64,000 bases of DNA from Camelus dromedarius (taxonomy: Eukaryota): assembly GCF_036321535.1 (NCBI RefSeq), contig NC_087436.1, positions 72,542,001 to 72,606,000 on the forward strand, written 5' to 3'. How positions within the stretch are numbered: position 1 is the stretch's first letter; the number at the start of each line of letters is the position of its first letter. This document shows, piece by piece, positions 39,259 through 52,991 of this stretch. The notes under the pieces were generated by a model that was not told the origin of the DNA, did no database searches, and worked only from the letters and a program-made list of their open reading frames with translations. Position numbers and translations under genes: made by a program.

Positions 39259-39729
39259 GAAGTAACAGTGGCTGAGAATTTTCAGAAATTAATGACAGAC
39301 ACCAAAGCACAGATCCTGGAAGCCCAGAGAATATCAAGCAGGATAAAGAACAGTAAAGATATAGTTGATGTGAAGGGCACTGTCAATCAACATGACCTAA
39401 TCGACATTTATAGAATACTCCATCCAACAACAGCAGAAAAACGCATTATTCTGAAGTGTCCATGGAACATTCACCGGGATAGACCACATTCTAAGCCGTG
39501 TAACATACCTCAACACATTTAAAAGAATAGAAATCATACAAGGTATGATTTCAGAGCACAGTGGAATGAAACTTGAAATCAACAACAGAAAAATATAGCT
39601 GGAAAGTCCCCAAAGATTTTGTAATGAAACAACATTTGAGTCAAAGAAGTTTCAAATGAAATAAAAGAATACCTTGAATTAAGTGAAAATAAAAATATAA
39701 CATTAAAATTTCAAGTGCCTAGAGAAACC

Positions 39730-40060
39730 TGGAAAGCTCTACTGATTTTGGATGGGCTTCCTCATGAGTCTGGAATTTGACTGGTGGTGGGCTGATCTTG
39801 ACTGGTTTGAGCTAAGGGCTTAGCGCTGCTCCAGGGGTCTCTCATCCTGTTCCTGGAACCAGTGGCTAGCCCGGGCATTGTTTTTCATGATGATGGCGAG
39901 GTGCAAAATAGCAAGCCCACCCATGCATATACTTCTTAAGCCTTAGCTAGCACCATATCTGCTTGCATCCCATTGGTCCAAGTAAGTCACGTGTCTGAAA
40001 GCAGAATTAAGAGTAGGGAAGTGGCAGCAGGAGAATGAATATTTTTGAACAATGATCTAA
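39730..40060. mobile_element. MLT1-like MaLR LTR fragment
   Basis: 'ggaaccagtggctagcccgggcattg...catcccattggtccaagtaagtcacgtg' is typical of older MLT1. Confidence 0.6.
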
Positions 40061-40549
40061 TACAATGATTGTGCCAATTTCAAAGTGTTGTTGTGAGTAC
40101 TGAATGAGATATTAATTGATGTCAATTATGTTAGCTTTCAGCATAGTAGCTAGCACATAGTAAATGAACCACATTTTTAGCTGTATTTATTATGGTGTCA
40201 GGCTCTAAAAATAAGACAGGTATAGTGCTTGTGTTCACAGTGCTTATTAAGAAAATAGATAATGAATATGTCAGGCAAGGTATTAGGGGGGCACAGTCTG
40301 CAGAGAACAGATTCATCTTGCATACCAGTCTAACAGTACTGGCAACGTAAATTCATGCATAAGTAAAATGACAAATTACTCCAAGTTACAACCTTTATGA
40401 CTGATAATAAACAAACTTAAAATATTATACACTTCAACGCCATGGTTTTTACTGAATTGCATTAGCCTTTTATCCAATTTTGGTTATTTTTAAAACAATA
40501 AAAACCCTTTTTGGTTTATAATTTCCAAGTTGCTGAGTCCCAAGTGGCT

Positions 40550-40780
40550 AAATTTTACTGAACTCTTACTATGGGCCAGGCACGGTTCTAAATGCTTTGT
40601 GCTTATTTAACACCCACAACATCCTTCAGAGATAGTGATACTATTATTTCTGCTTTATAAAGGAGGAAAAACTGAGGCACAGAAAGGTCAAATGATGCTC
40701 CAAGTCACACAATTAGTAAATTGGGTTGTAACGATTTCAAGCCAGGCAATCTGCCCTCAAGCCTACACTTTTAACCCTCC
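40550..40780 (-). mobile_element. MIR SINE
   Basis: 'tactatgggccaggcacggttctaaatgctt...gaaaactgaggcacagaaaggtcaaatga...ccaagtcacac'. Confidence 0.75.
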
Positions 40781-42316
40781 ACCCTCTTCAGTACCTTCAC
40801 ATACATCATCCTGTTTAAGGCCCAACCCATTCATCCACCTAGAGAACATTTATGGAGCACTGTTTGTGTTCTAGATGCGGAGCGGGATGCTGGACGATAC
40901 AACAAAAAGTGTAAGACATCGGGCCTGGTTTATCATCCAGAAAAGGAAAGAAACTTAAAAAATGTTTCTCAGGCCTTTCTAGTGTGGCCTGGGGAAAGTC
41001 AAGCCTTCTTCCCTGTCCACCTCTGACCTACAAAAGAGGAGGGTCTTTTGTGAAATTCTACACCAGAGTTCTCCCGATTGTCAATAGGATCCCAGGTACA
41101 AGAAACTTCTATTCCTTGCAAATCACCTGAAAAAAAAAGCTTTTCATTGTTTTCTTCTACCTAGGCTCAAAATCAAGGAGCGATTCCTTTTTCCTCAATG
41201 GCATTACAGACTGTTGTTGGGTCACCGAAAAACTATGTCCCTATACTATTTATTTTCTACAAAACCAGATGCCTCAGCCTCAGGTTGACTTATTCATCAT
41301 TCCAGCCTTTTTTGTTCAGCCTTTGGCTAGAAAACATCTGAGTTTTCTGGCCTCCAGGCACCCAGTCACCTCTCACCCGCAACTACCAATGCCTTTTCTA
41401 CTTCAAGCTAACGCCATTCAACCATCCTCCCCTCTGAGTGACCCTCCTCCCTATCTGATGGTCTATTTGGGACGGGGAAAGGGCTGACTCTTGGCTCTCC
41501 ATGCCTCCAAGGGCTTCACCTGGGAGTCGGTTGTCGACTTAAAAAAGTTTACGCCTTTGGCTCTTTCCATTCTCCTGCTCCTCTAATTTCCATATAAAAA
41601 GACACCTGGATCCTCAATTTAAAGGCTCCAAAGTAAGCCGAGGAGATGCGATTTCCTTGCAGAATTAGCAAAGTGAGGCCCTGGTATTTCTTTAAATCAA
41701 GAGGCTCATTAACCTAAGGTAGACTGATGCTGTGTAGTCAAAAGTTAAAGCTAACCTGGGGTCAAGTGGAAACTAAGGAGCATATGGAGCAAAGAGTTCT
41801 GTGTGTGAAGATTGAGATGGCCCCCAAATGGGAGAAGGAGCCACAAAGGGATTGGCATTAGAAGGCTGAAGAGATGGAGAGCAGGATGGAACGTGACTGG
41901 AGGTTTAGACCGAGATCAGTGAGAACCGCTGCAGAAGGAGTGAGAAGGGCAGGTTACAGGAACCATGCAAAAACAGACTGGTCTCGGGATCCAGAGGAAC
42001 ACCAGGAAAGACCAGGGATCTGAAATCTAACAAACCTAGTTTCAAACCCCAGCTCCATCACTGCTCGACCTTGGAAATATTATTTACCACTCAGGTTCTC
42101 ACCAGGAAATTGGGGATTATTGTATCTACTCAATGGATCGTTGTGTGGGTTAAAAGGAGGAATATGTATAACACACTTAGCTTAATGTTTCACACATAGC
42201 AAATATCCAATAAATACAAGTTCTCTCCCTTCTTTTGCTTCCTATTCCTTTCCCCCTCCCCCATCCACATCCTAGTCTTGAATTATTTTTACAAACTGGT
42301 TTTGTGTTTGTGATTT

Positions 42317-42863
42317 TGTTAGGTAGTTAGATACGTGAGGGCACTGGGCAGACAGGTGGAGGAGAGGGAGGATGGTCTGGAAGATGGTGTTATGCCACCC
42401 TCCAGCATAAAGGGACATTACTTCTTTTAAATAAGTGCCAGCAAGAAACCGGTTAGAACCCTACAGCCACAACTGCATGGTAGGAGAAAGGACTTAACTG
42501 AACAGAGCCCAGTGCTCATTGTATTATAATTAACATTGCAGTTTAGCCACCCCCATGGGTTTTTCTGTGTACGCCATGGGTAAGGACATGCGCAAAGGGG
42601 CCAAACGTGACTAAGCATTCCAGGGACAAGAGCTGTCAATCGATCCAAAGACCACCTCTAAGTGAGGGTATAAGAGAAAGGGGAGACAAAGACCGCCGCT
42701 TTTTCCTCCCTTGGGTCAGCCCACCTCCTGTTTTGGGGGTATACTTTTCCTTTTTTTAAATAAATCTTTTAAAATCTTTCGCTACACAAAGCACCGTCGC
42801 CCGACAGTAAACTTGTCTTTCGAGTATGACAAGAATGGGGATTTTTACCTTTTGGGGGTAACA
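42317..42863 (+). mobile_element. Solo ERV LTR, 547 bp, TSD attt
   Basis: attt|TGTTAGGTAG...GGGGTAACA|attt (42313-42316, 42864-42867). Perfect 5-bp IR tgtta/taaca, TATA (gtataaga ~42668) and AATAAA (~42759) in LTR order. Confidence 0.9.
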
Positions 42864-44747
42864 ATTTTAGGAAGTTGTAAAAACCATTTTTAATTCCTTT
42901 TTAATTAGTTTAAAACTACGGGATGTCACCTTTGTGCTTGAAATACCATATATCTCTATGAGAGTGATCTGTTCCCATTCCTGACAGACTGATAAAATCT
43001 AAAAAAAATTCTAATTTTCCTTTTGACTGAAATGAAATGTTCTTTTTCTAAAAAAGCATGAATAGTAAAGCAATAACTAAACTATCTTGACCCTTAAAGA
43101 AGAAAATGTCTTTACTTATCAGAAACAAAAACAGTGATCCCTCAAAACTTAGCATTGAATTCTAAGCAAAGGGGTTAAAATCTATGTAAATTATCTAACC
43201 AAATTAACACAAGCCCATAATATTAATTCCAAAATTCTGATGCCAGATTTAAAAGCTGTGAGAAAAACTGCATTATAAGGAAATCTAAGGGCCCAGACAA
43301 ATACTTTCATTTTACTGCAACTTTGTGCCTAAAGTATTGCTTGAAATAAACAGAACATCATATAAGAAAGCTTTTATTTTATATAGTGATTCAGAAGTAG
43401 TGTTTTTTGTCATAACAGGTTTGACCCATAAGGTAAGGAAGCTATAATATACAGAGGTAGCTGTCAAACTTTTTACCCAATAATATATTTCTTTAAATGA
43501 AATTTTCTAGGGAAGACCTGTACACAGAACAAAAAGTAGCAAAAGTAGGATGAGAACCTGGAATCCATCCACTCTAAGAACATACATTCTCACTTTCTAT
43601 TATAGTTACTAAGTCCTTCATAAATCAGGGATGCAGAAGTAAAAATATTTGAAATACTTCAAATGCAAAAAGTGGCAATAGCAAAGATTTAGTTAATCTA
43701 TGGAACTGGATGACGCCACATCTCTGAATAACACTGCTGCTGTGTTTCCCTTTCCATCTCAGTACTATTCCTATAGTAATTTTCATAGTAATGAGCACCA
43801 CAATCTGATCAGCATATTTGTCTTTTTCATGCGGAACACAAGAGTCCGGTGTTGGTTGCGCTCCTGATTGCTGGGTTGCCAACAGATGGAGTCCCTTGGC
43901 TCCTTAAGCTTCTGGGTTTTCTCAGAATGATTCAAGATGTTACAGTCTTCAACAAGCAGAATTTTCTGAGGATTGCTTAAAGTATTGCTCCTGCTCAACA
44001 GGATTTTGGCTGTCCACACCAAACCCATCAAATGACATAGTTACTTGTGAGCAGTACTGATCCATGCAGAGAAGTATTATTAAGTGCCTGCTTAATGGGC
44101 AAGTCTTTCTTACCATTGGTCCTAAATTTGATTCGTACGTATCTAACAAAACTGGTCCAGGAGCTAGTTGAGATAATATGTACACCATTAATTTAATAGG
44201 AATTATACTGGTGATAATTATTAACATTGTGGTGTTAGATCACTACCAGATATAGGACAACCAAGTCCCAATGTAATTTCCTTCTCTTCCTGTAATTTAT
44301 AATATGGAATTCAGCTTTGGTAATGAACAAATTCATTCAACAACTATGTATTTAGTGCCTACTATGTGCAAGATACTAAACTAGGGACAGCAGGGTATCC
44401 GAACACAAGGAAGGCATCTCTTTGGATTCAAGAATATTAGAATCTGGTATTGAGAATACAACTTTTAAATCACCACTAAAAGTAAAAATAGTCAATATTT
44501 ATTGTGTAACTTATTATGTGCCAGTGCAGACAATGTTCCACAATTTTTAACGTCATGTTTTTAGAATATCGCCTGTCATGTAAGTTACTCAATAAGCACA
44601 GCTGTCGACCCCTTTCCCATAGAACTTATCTTTCCAAGAAAGAGGCAAAGATGCAAACGCATGAAGAACTGGTAAGTGTTATGGTGGTGAAAGTTCAGGA
44701 TGTAAAAAAAGGCCATCACTAAAGTCCCTGGCATGGTCTAGGAAAAT

Positions 44748-44814
44748 TAGGGACGGTTCCCAGAGGAAGTGATAATAAAGTTAACTAGGGAAGGTTCCCA
44801 GAGGAAGTGATAAT
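44748..44814. repeat. Direct repeat, 29 bp x2, period 38
   Basis: taggga(c/a)ggttcccagaggaagtgataat at 44748-44776 and 44786-44814. Confidence 0.88.
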
Positions 44815-47494
44815 GTGGGTTTGAATGTGGGTTAGGACAAAAAATAAGCAAAAGTTCCAACTAACTGAAGCTGAAGTGTCATAAAAGTATTTTGAACTCT
44901 TTTGAGAGATATTATAAATATCAATGCTTCCACTCTCAAATTTACCCTCTAACATCAAAAGCTATCCCTATCCCAGCCTAGCCTAGCCTAGCCCTATCCA
45001 TTGTTGATCTTGATTCAGCATTGTCTTTTGAATATTTTTTACTGACTTGTGATTTTGGAGAGTCAAGGATTTCTCAAAGCCACCAGAGACCTCAGCACAG
45101 CAGACACCATCACAAAGAGCAGAAGGGTTCACATTAGGAGGCCACGATACCTACTGTGAGACTGGCAGCACAGGGAAACGACACAGAAGAGAGCAGTTTA
45201 CAATCCTTTTGGAGCCCCACGGCTATAGGGGCAATCTGTTTCCAAATCCAAAGACACACTGTCATCCAGGTAGGGTTCAGAAGACCTCTAGGGAATTGGC
45301 TCAAGATTCCTGTAGAACTCAGGTTTCTTCTTGGTGAGCTTTTGGGCTTCATTTCACTTCATTTGTCATATATTCTCAGGAAGCAGCTGCACTAAACCAG
45401 GAAGAACAGACCTGAAGTACTGTTTCCTCTGGTGCAAAGGTGGAAAGATAACTGGATTTCCAAATAGGTATGTATTAGCAGGTGTCTTTAGAGGAAGGAA
45501 ATGAATGTTGTTCCAGGGAGTATGGGGGACTGATTGGTGAGACGATGGGAGTTTTGAAGGATCCTGAAGTCTGAATTTATAGTCCAAGAGCCATAGGAAC
45601 TTAAGAGGAGACTATACCAGTCATAAGATCAATATTCCTTTCATGTCATCTTTTTTTTTTTTTAATTTTATGCCATTCTGAAGTCCAAATCAGTTTGTTT
45701 TATAGCACCATGTAAGACTGAGGGTGGTGATACATGTCTCTATTTGCTCTCAAGGAAGATACAACAGATGCTACCTGTGTGTATGTATATGTATATGTGT
45801 ATATGTACGTCTGTATACTATATATAGAAGCAATCTCTGTTGTATGTATCTCCCTAAGCTCCCCTCACCTCCACACAAAAAGAGTGGAATAGGGATGGGT
45901 AGGAAACGAGTAAGAGAGACCAACGCATTTAAATAAGGGGTGAGTGAGATATTATGTATAGAATCTCAATATCTCAGGAAATCATTTTGCCCCAACCCCT
46001 CTATCATAATACATATAAGGATATCTTCTTAAAGCTATGTCACGTTGAAGAAAATTATTCGTGATGTTTCCTTCCAAATTAAATAAGGAAAAGATAAGAA
46101 ACGCACGTCATAGTAAAACTCATCAGAAGCAGTTCCCTATCTCGCTCATTTGAATACAGCATGGGTTAAACAGAGGCTGGCCTGGAAGAATGACTCACCT
46201 CTGCTCTTACGCTTAACTCTGACATCTTACAAGAGGCCTGTGCTGTGAATGTTCCCGTGCTGAGGCTCACAGACGACTCATCTTCTCTGATAGTAACACT
46301 TGGTATTAGAAGAAACATGGAATATTCCTTGTCTGTCATCTGACTTCCATCCTCTTCATTCCACTGAACTTTCTCCTGAAAGGTTACCAGTGACCTCATT
46401 CTTGCCAAATCTCTTCCTCCATTCCTACTGTCTCGACCTCATTGCTCCACCTGCTATTGGTACCTATGCCTCCTCTTTGGAACGCCCACCTTTTGCTTTG
46501 CGAATCCAGCACTATCTTGGTTGCCCTTTAAACTTTCTGACTCTCTTATGTATCCTGGCACTAATTAAATACCTGATATTTATTAATGCCAGTAATTATA
46601 TCTGACAGTTCTCACCATTTTATTAAGCATTATCGTATTTTTAGTCCCACAAAAATACTGAGATGAATGAAAGGAACAATTATCTCCAGGTTTTACAGAT
46701 GAGGCAGTGTAAACGAGATCATAAAGTCAAAAGGCTTATGATTGACAGGAGCGAGGATGGCAACCTAGGGCTTCTAGCTACTGATTGTCTCCCTCTCTCT
46801 TTTTTTCTTTTTTTTGCTTAAGTGTCTTCTGTTTGTTAGCACATTTAACATATAACCTCCCCCCTTTTTTTTCTATCAGAAAAAGTGAAATTTTCTTCAT
46901 AAATGTGGTTTGGGTTGTACTACAATATCATCCTCTTTATCTGCAACAGGATCAAGATTTTCAAGTTTCAAAATCCCCACAGAGTTTTTGTGGAGTTAAT
47001 GATTCATAGGTTGTAAGCAAAGGGAAGAAAACAAAACAAAACAAAAAACACCTAAGCAAAGATCCTAGGGGAGATGAAGGCAAGATTTGAGAAAACTGGA
47101 AAAGCCTGTTTATAAGATGAACTACTTTTTCATAGCCTGAGGACATTATCTGCATTATCACTCTAGGATCTTTGAGCCAATGCCTTTGTGTACGTGCCTA
47201 AAATTGCTCAATGCTTAAAAGCACCTACCATCAAGAGATGATAAAGCTGAGATTCCATCTTCTCAATACCGTATCTTGGAGATCATAGAAAACTATTGCA
47301 TTGGAGATCGTGTGGTTCAAATTGCATTTTAAGAATGAAAAAAATCTAGCCCACAGCTCTTAAATGACCTAGACAAGATCACATAACAGTTTATTTTCAG
47401 TCAGGACCAGAACTTGGATCTAAACTACATGTGGTTCAGTATTCTTTCTCTCATTCCATGTTTTGGTTAAAACAACAGGCTGTCTGCTTGCGAG

Positions 47495-47627
47495 AAACAA
47501 TGCGTTCATTTGAGGCCCTGTCCAAACCAAATGAATCAGAATCTCTGGGCAAGTAAGGCCCAGGCTTCAGTATTTTTTTAGAAGCTGACCAAGAGATTTT
47601 AAAGTGCAGCCATGTGTGAGAACCAAT
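47495..47627. mobile_element. MER5-like hAT fragment
   Basis: 'tgaatcagaatctctggg...ggcccaggcttcagtatttttt...aagtgcagccatgtgtgagaaccaatg'. Confidence 0.6.
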
Positions 47628-48924
47628 GTAATAAAATATTAAAAACTACATAAATCATTCCTTATAGAGTAGTATGCATTGCAAGATAGAATATAATCTC
47701 ATTTATGTGTAATTTTATTGGGGGATAATTTCTAAGTCAAATAGATATTACCAGTAATATCCAATGCAATAAAAATAAAGGCTTTAATAACTATTGTTTT
47801 ATTGCCTTTGCTAGCAATTTTTTTATGTCTGTTAGTGGTAGTGCTCAACAGAGAAAAAATATTAATCATAAAACAATTCCTAGGATTTTTGTGGCATTTC
47901 ACTCTGTCTTCTAGATACTTTTATCCCCCGGGTCTGCAGAAATCAGGCAATCCTAAATTTATTGAACTTAGATTTAGACAATAATTCAGGTATCTTTGAA
48001 GACATTGACAGAAAATAAAATTTCAAGCTTAAATATCTATTGTGCATGTTTGCCCTTTTCCCACACCTGAGAAGAATATTAACATTAAATATTTGTGAAA
48101 CTTCCATAAATCCGTACGTCATCATGCAATAGTCGTGCGAATGATTTAACTGTAAATTGCAAAGTTTCTCCAAGGCTGATTTGTGGCTGAATGACACAGA
48201 AAATGTTTATTGAATGACCAAACATAAAACGATTGTTTAAATCAATGCCTTTGAGAGTTAGCATTTTAACTGTAAAATGTTGCATGGGAAGTAGCAGCAT
48301 TGATGTAGGCGATTTACAACCACATGTCACTAGGCGTTAGCTAGACACGCAATAGCAGTGCTTTAAATAGGGATAGCTGCATTCCTAATTCATCATCTCT
48401 GCGTGTGTAATGAATGCTCTGTGGGTATGCATAAGTGACGGAAGGGCAGGCTCTTCTATTACTAGGGCACAGCTCATGGCAAGCACAAGAAGCAACAGCT
48501 CCAGACTCAGCCAGCTTCCTAATATCAAATGCAGTACCTGGCTTTTTCTTACTTTTTGTGACTACTGAATGATTTTTCAGAGGGTTCTGTTGATGAAATT
48601 CATTTTTGACGTGACATTTTCAGAGTGACATGTTTTGCATAAGCACAATGAACAATAAAAAAGTAAGACGAATGCTTTGCCACTGGAAGCTGGGAGACTG
48701 GCACACCTGATGTTCTTCTTCGTAGGAAAACAGTACCAGGACATTCTTCTTAAGGAAAGAGTATAAAAACTATCTGCAAAGGGGTGTGAATGCTCTTTGC
48801 AAATAATCTGAGACTAGAAAACTCCAGAAATGTGGATTTTAATGAAAATATATGAGAGCATCGCAGGTATAACAAACCCTGCACTTTCAGTGAACTGGAT
48901 GTTGTTACGGGTAAATGTGACACA

Positions 48925-49172
48925 CTGTGGAGATGAAAGTTTGATGCTGGCTGGAATCAGGCTGCAAGGTTTGAATCCCGTCTTATTGTTTATGAACTGA
49001 AGGGCCTTGAACAAATTTCTTAATCTTTTTGCCTTAGTCTCATCTATAAAATGGAAATAAAAATGTATTGACTTCCCAGGATGATTCTGAGGAATAAGTA
49101 AGCAATTGTATTTTAAATTACCTAGTGAGTTAAAAAGATTAGGTATAAATATTAGTTGTCATCATTATTATT

Positions 49173-49208
<36 letters not shown>

Positions 49209-49227
49209 ACTCTTATTATTATTATTA
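48925..49227 (+). mobile_element. MIR SINE ending in a compound (TTA)n(TTG)n(TTA)n microsatellite (~49164-49227)
   Basis: 'ggtttgaatcccg...catctataaaatggaaataaaaat' MIR core, followed by the trinucleotide run. Confidence 0.75.
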
Positions 49228-51859
49228 GGCCCATCCACATTTAGATTTAAGAACAAATATCCACTAAGTTCATGCTCCTTTCCACCTACAGTTCTGAATC
49301 TAAACAGAACCACAAACTGAAGGTATTGCCTTTTAGTAGATTCACTCATCTGATCAGCTAATCAGCCATCCGCACTGCTCACTCAACATTCAAGTTGTAT
49401 GTAAATTTTTAAATGTGTCAGAATCATTTTTAATTTAAGGAAACCCTTCAAATTACCAGTCAATCAATGAGAAACAATCATTTACTATTTATTAGATTCT
49501 AAAGCTTTCTAAATTTTTGTTTTCTTCTGTCTCTTTAATTACATACTAAAGAAAAACAGAGGATTTTCCTTTTTGAATTCTTAAACCAATTCTCAGTTAA
49601 GAATGGATTAGTCCAGAGGAAAAAGACTTCTTTAAAAAGCCTATCACAGAGGCTATTTAAATAAAGAGAGTATCGCTACATTCAATATATGCTTCTCTTT
49701 TTCTCTATTTTGTCTCAAACTGGATTAAAAGTTCTTTGGGCTCAGGGATGCCCCTGTATATCTGTATCAGTCTCTAGCTATATAGCAAGGCCATTACAGA
49801 GACATTCAAGAAATATCTGCTGAATAAATAAATCAATGAGAGATGTGCCTAAATAGCATTGTGGTCCATTGATTTTTGGTTGAGAAAAGAAAAACAGTCA
49901 CTGTCTCATAAAGGTTATGGGGAAATATAGTGCCAAGAATTTTGCTTGGAAATTAGTGCTTTATTTGTATTTTATACGATATTATGTAATTTAACATACA
50001 TTTTAAGAATTATTATGAAAGACATAAATTCTTCATTCAAGTGGAACTTGCTAAAATGCCCTGCATGGTTAAATTTGGCTAAATTTAGAATAAAATCAGT
50101 TTTTTCAAATATTAACATCTGATAGAACAGAGTTTCATATTTTGAATATTAAATTTAACAATTTGATCTTGGACACCTTCCTATATTTTTCAAAGCCTTC
50201 ATTGTTAACAGAAGCAATCCATTACCACTCCATCGCACCAGGTTCTTGCTAACAATTAGCTAGTAAAAGACTTGAAACATTTCGTGTTATATAAAAGCTA
50301 ATTCACCAAAGTATGTGTGCTCCATTGTCAGTTTTGAAAAGCGGGTAATTTCCTAATAAACAAGTGCCAGCTGCAATCCCAAAGAGCACTAACTTGAGGG
50401 AAGAAGTAAGAGATGGAAGAAAGGTGAGGTTTTCTATGTTCTTGTCTGAGGCTGGATGCTGGTCCTTTGGGTCCGGCCCAGGGCTGGATCTGGCTGTGGT
50501 CTGCAGTAGGCTGATTGCTGATACCAGTTTAGGGCCTGTGTGTGGATACCATTAGTCCAGGCTTTCTTAACGTATCCTAGGAGGACCCCTTTTAATGTAA
50601 AAAGATTATTTTGCCACATCCTCCCACCTGATCGAGCTTACACGTTTGCTTTGTATCAATTAAAATACACATGCAGTCAAGCCACCTTGAATTCATTAGC
50701 AATTTTAAATGAATACAGTTTAATAATCCCAATATTCAACATATTTTTAAAACTGCATTAGATAGATAGATGTTTAGTCTATAGATATTACTTATACTTA
50801 ACTAACTCAGAAAAAAAGTGCCCAAACCTCTCAGGTTGGGAACTGCTGAACCGGTTGATGTCTTCAGTCACTTCCTAGTTGGGAGAGTCTATATGCCTTG
50901 ATTTTCTTCTCAAACTATTCTATCTTCAAATGTGTTTTGGGCCTTTAAGAGGAATTATGATTGTACTTCATACTATGTATATACATTTAAGTGAAAGATT
51001 AAAGAAAATTGTTCCCAATTATTTTTTTAAAACGGAAGGCTATTCTGCGGAGGCAGAGGCAAATCTTCCCTGATGCGTCATGAAGGAGTCATTCTCGAAA
51101 ACTAATGGCTAGAAAATTGAGTAAACATAGAACTAATAAAAAAAAGATTTCTTCACACCATGTGAAATCAGCCCATAGAAGAGCACATTGCTGTGGAAAA
51201 TTTTGGGATAAGCACAAGGATTTTTTCATGATGATGGGATCTCAGGCTTGCAAGCATCAGCTACAACGTAAAAAAAAAGTCCCTTGCCACATATCAATAC
51301 CGAAGAGTTGACTGTAGCCGCGTGACCCCGTTCTCCCCAGTGTGTTCTCACCCCATCCTTTTGAACACAGACCACAACACTATATTGGTTAAAATAAGAT
51401 ATTAATCAGGACTAAGAAATTCTTCTTCCGGTCACCCCTTGTTAAGTGCCGACAGTTCTACTGCACAGAATAAGGGAATGCTCCCAGGTGACACCTCAAT
51501 TCTTTAATTTTTCGGACACTTGAGCTATTTCTTTTCCAGATCCAATTTGTAAAACAAAAGCCACTGTGAGTGAGGAGTCCCTTTTCCTAAGTCTAGTTTA
51601 CCAAACTTGTGATCTCCATCAATGTTCTATAAAACTAAGACGTTGCCAGGATCATCTTTCTTGGTTCTATTTATTCTTTTACAAAAAAGCAGTTAAGTGC
51701 CAAGTCACTTACTGCCTGTTTTCTTGCCGGATTCAGAAGGTAGATTTAGGAACCCAGACTCCTCCCTCCACCTTATTGTGCATTGATTCATTTAACTCAT
51801 GAATACTGACCACCAACCAAGTACCACCATCTTAATGTATATCGACATAACATAATAGG

Positions 51860-52040
51860 TATTTTTAATGAGTGCCAGCTCTGTACTAGCGCTGCGAAAA
51901 GCACTTTCATTACCTTCCTGTTAGATACTATCACTAACCCTATTTTACATGTGAGGAAACTGAGAGAGATTAAATAACTCATCCAAGGATTCCCATGCAG
52001 ACAATCTAAATCCAGAACCCATGATCTTCTAACCACTGAA
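51860..52040 (-). mobile_element. MIR SINE
   Basis: 'cctattttacatgtgaggaaactgagagagattaaataactcatccaagg'. Confidence 0.7.
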
Positions 52041-52912
52041 AGAAAGATAAAGTATTTGTTTCCAACATGAGTGTTCTGGACACTAAAGATGCTTGAGATA
52101 AGGGAGAAAGAGGCCAAAACAAAAAACAAACAAAAACAAGGAAAGGAACAACAAGAAGAAAACAAACAGTAGAAACAGGGAGTTTTCAACATCCATTAGA
52201 TTCAATTTTCTATTCAAATATGCTGTCAGTACTGCTAAACTGACTCACTGTTTTTAGGCCCACGGAGGAAATGCAATAACAATAACAAGTAAGACAATGT
52301 ATGTATTCAGACAGTTCTGAACATATGACTGACAAACAAGAAAAGGTATTCAATTCAAAGTCATTTCATCAGGTATGAAGTACCAGATCTAGAATTCTAT
52401 GAGACTAGGGCAAAGAGAAACAATACAAGCTGTTAAGAGATCAGAACGAAAAAGATCCCTGTAGGCTCAAGAAATCCAGGCCCTTGAGGAGAGCTGTGAA
52501 AGTGAGTAGGATCTGAGTAGCTCCAGGAAAAGGCAGCCATTTCCCCAAACCGTGACTCCACCAGCACAGGGAGGAAAGTGGGCGTAAGCAAAGGCACGGT
52601 GAGCTTCCCAGCCTGGCCGGGGTGCAGCCGTCTGTCTGGTGAACTAGTGGGAGCTGAGGTTGAGAAGACTGCTGGGTTCCCATTTGTGTCAGGCCTTGTC
52701 CAAAAGGCAATGGAAAGTCACTGAAATACTTTGTTTGTACTGGAGAGTGACAGGATTAAAGCAAAATTCGGGGAAAATAAATCAAAAGCAGCAGGCTGAT
52801 GGATGGCAAACACGACAGAAGAAAACATAATTTAGGGGCTTTTGTTCATAATAACTATGCTTTGGCGGGTACAAGGAGGGCCCACTGACAGATTTCAAGA
52901 ATGTCCACAAGT

Positions 52913-52914
<2 letters not shown>

Positions 52915-52988
<74 letters not shown>
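52915..52988. repeat. (CA)37 perfect microsatellite upstream of EREG
   Basis: 74 uninterrupted bases read directly. Confidence 0.97.

Positions 52989-52991
<3 letters not shown>

Larger units (their letters stand above)
36290..39720 (+). mobile_element. Old L1 (5'UTR/ORF1 plus a piece of ORF2 endonuclease) interrupted by three LTRs
   Basis: ORF1-type motifs ('aaaaattacaagacatgctaaaaggcaagaaaa', 'agagatggaaattctaagaaagaa', 'ggctgagaattttcagaaattaatgacagacacc') and ORF2 motif 'gacctaatcgacatttatagaatactccatccaacaacagcagaa'. Outer limits approximate. Confidence 0.8.
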
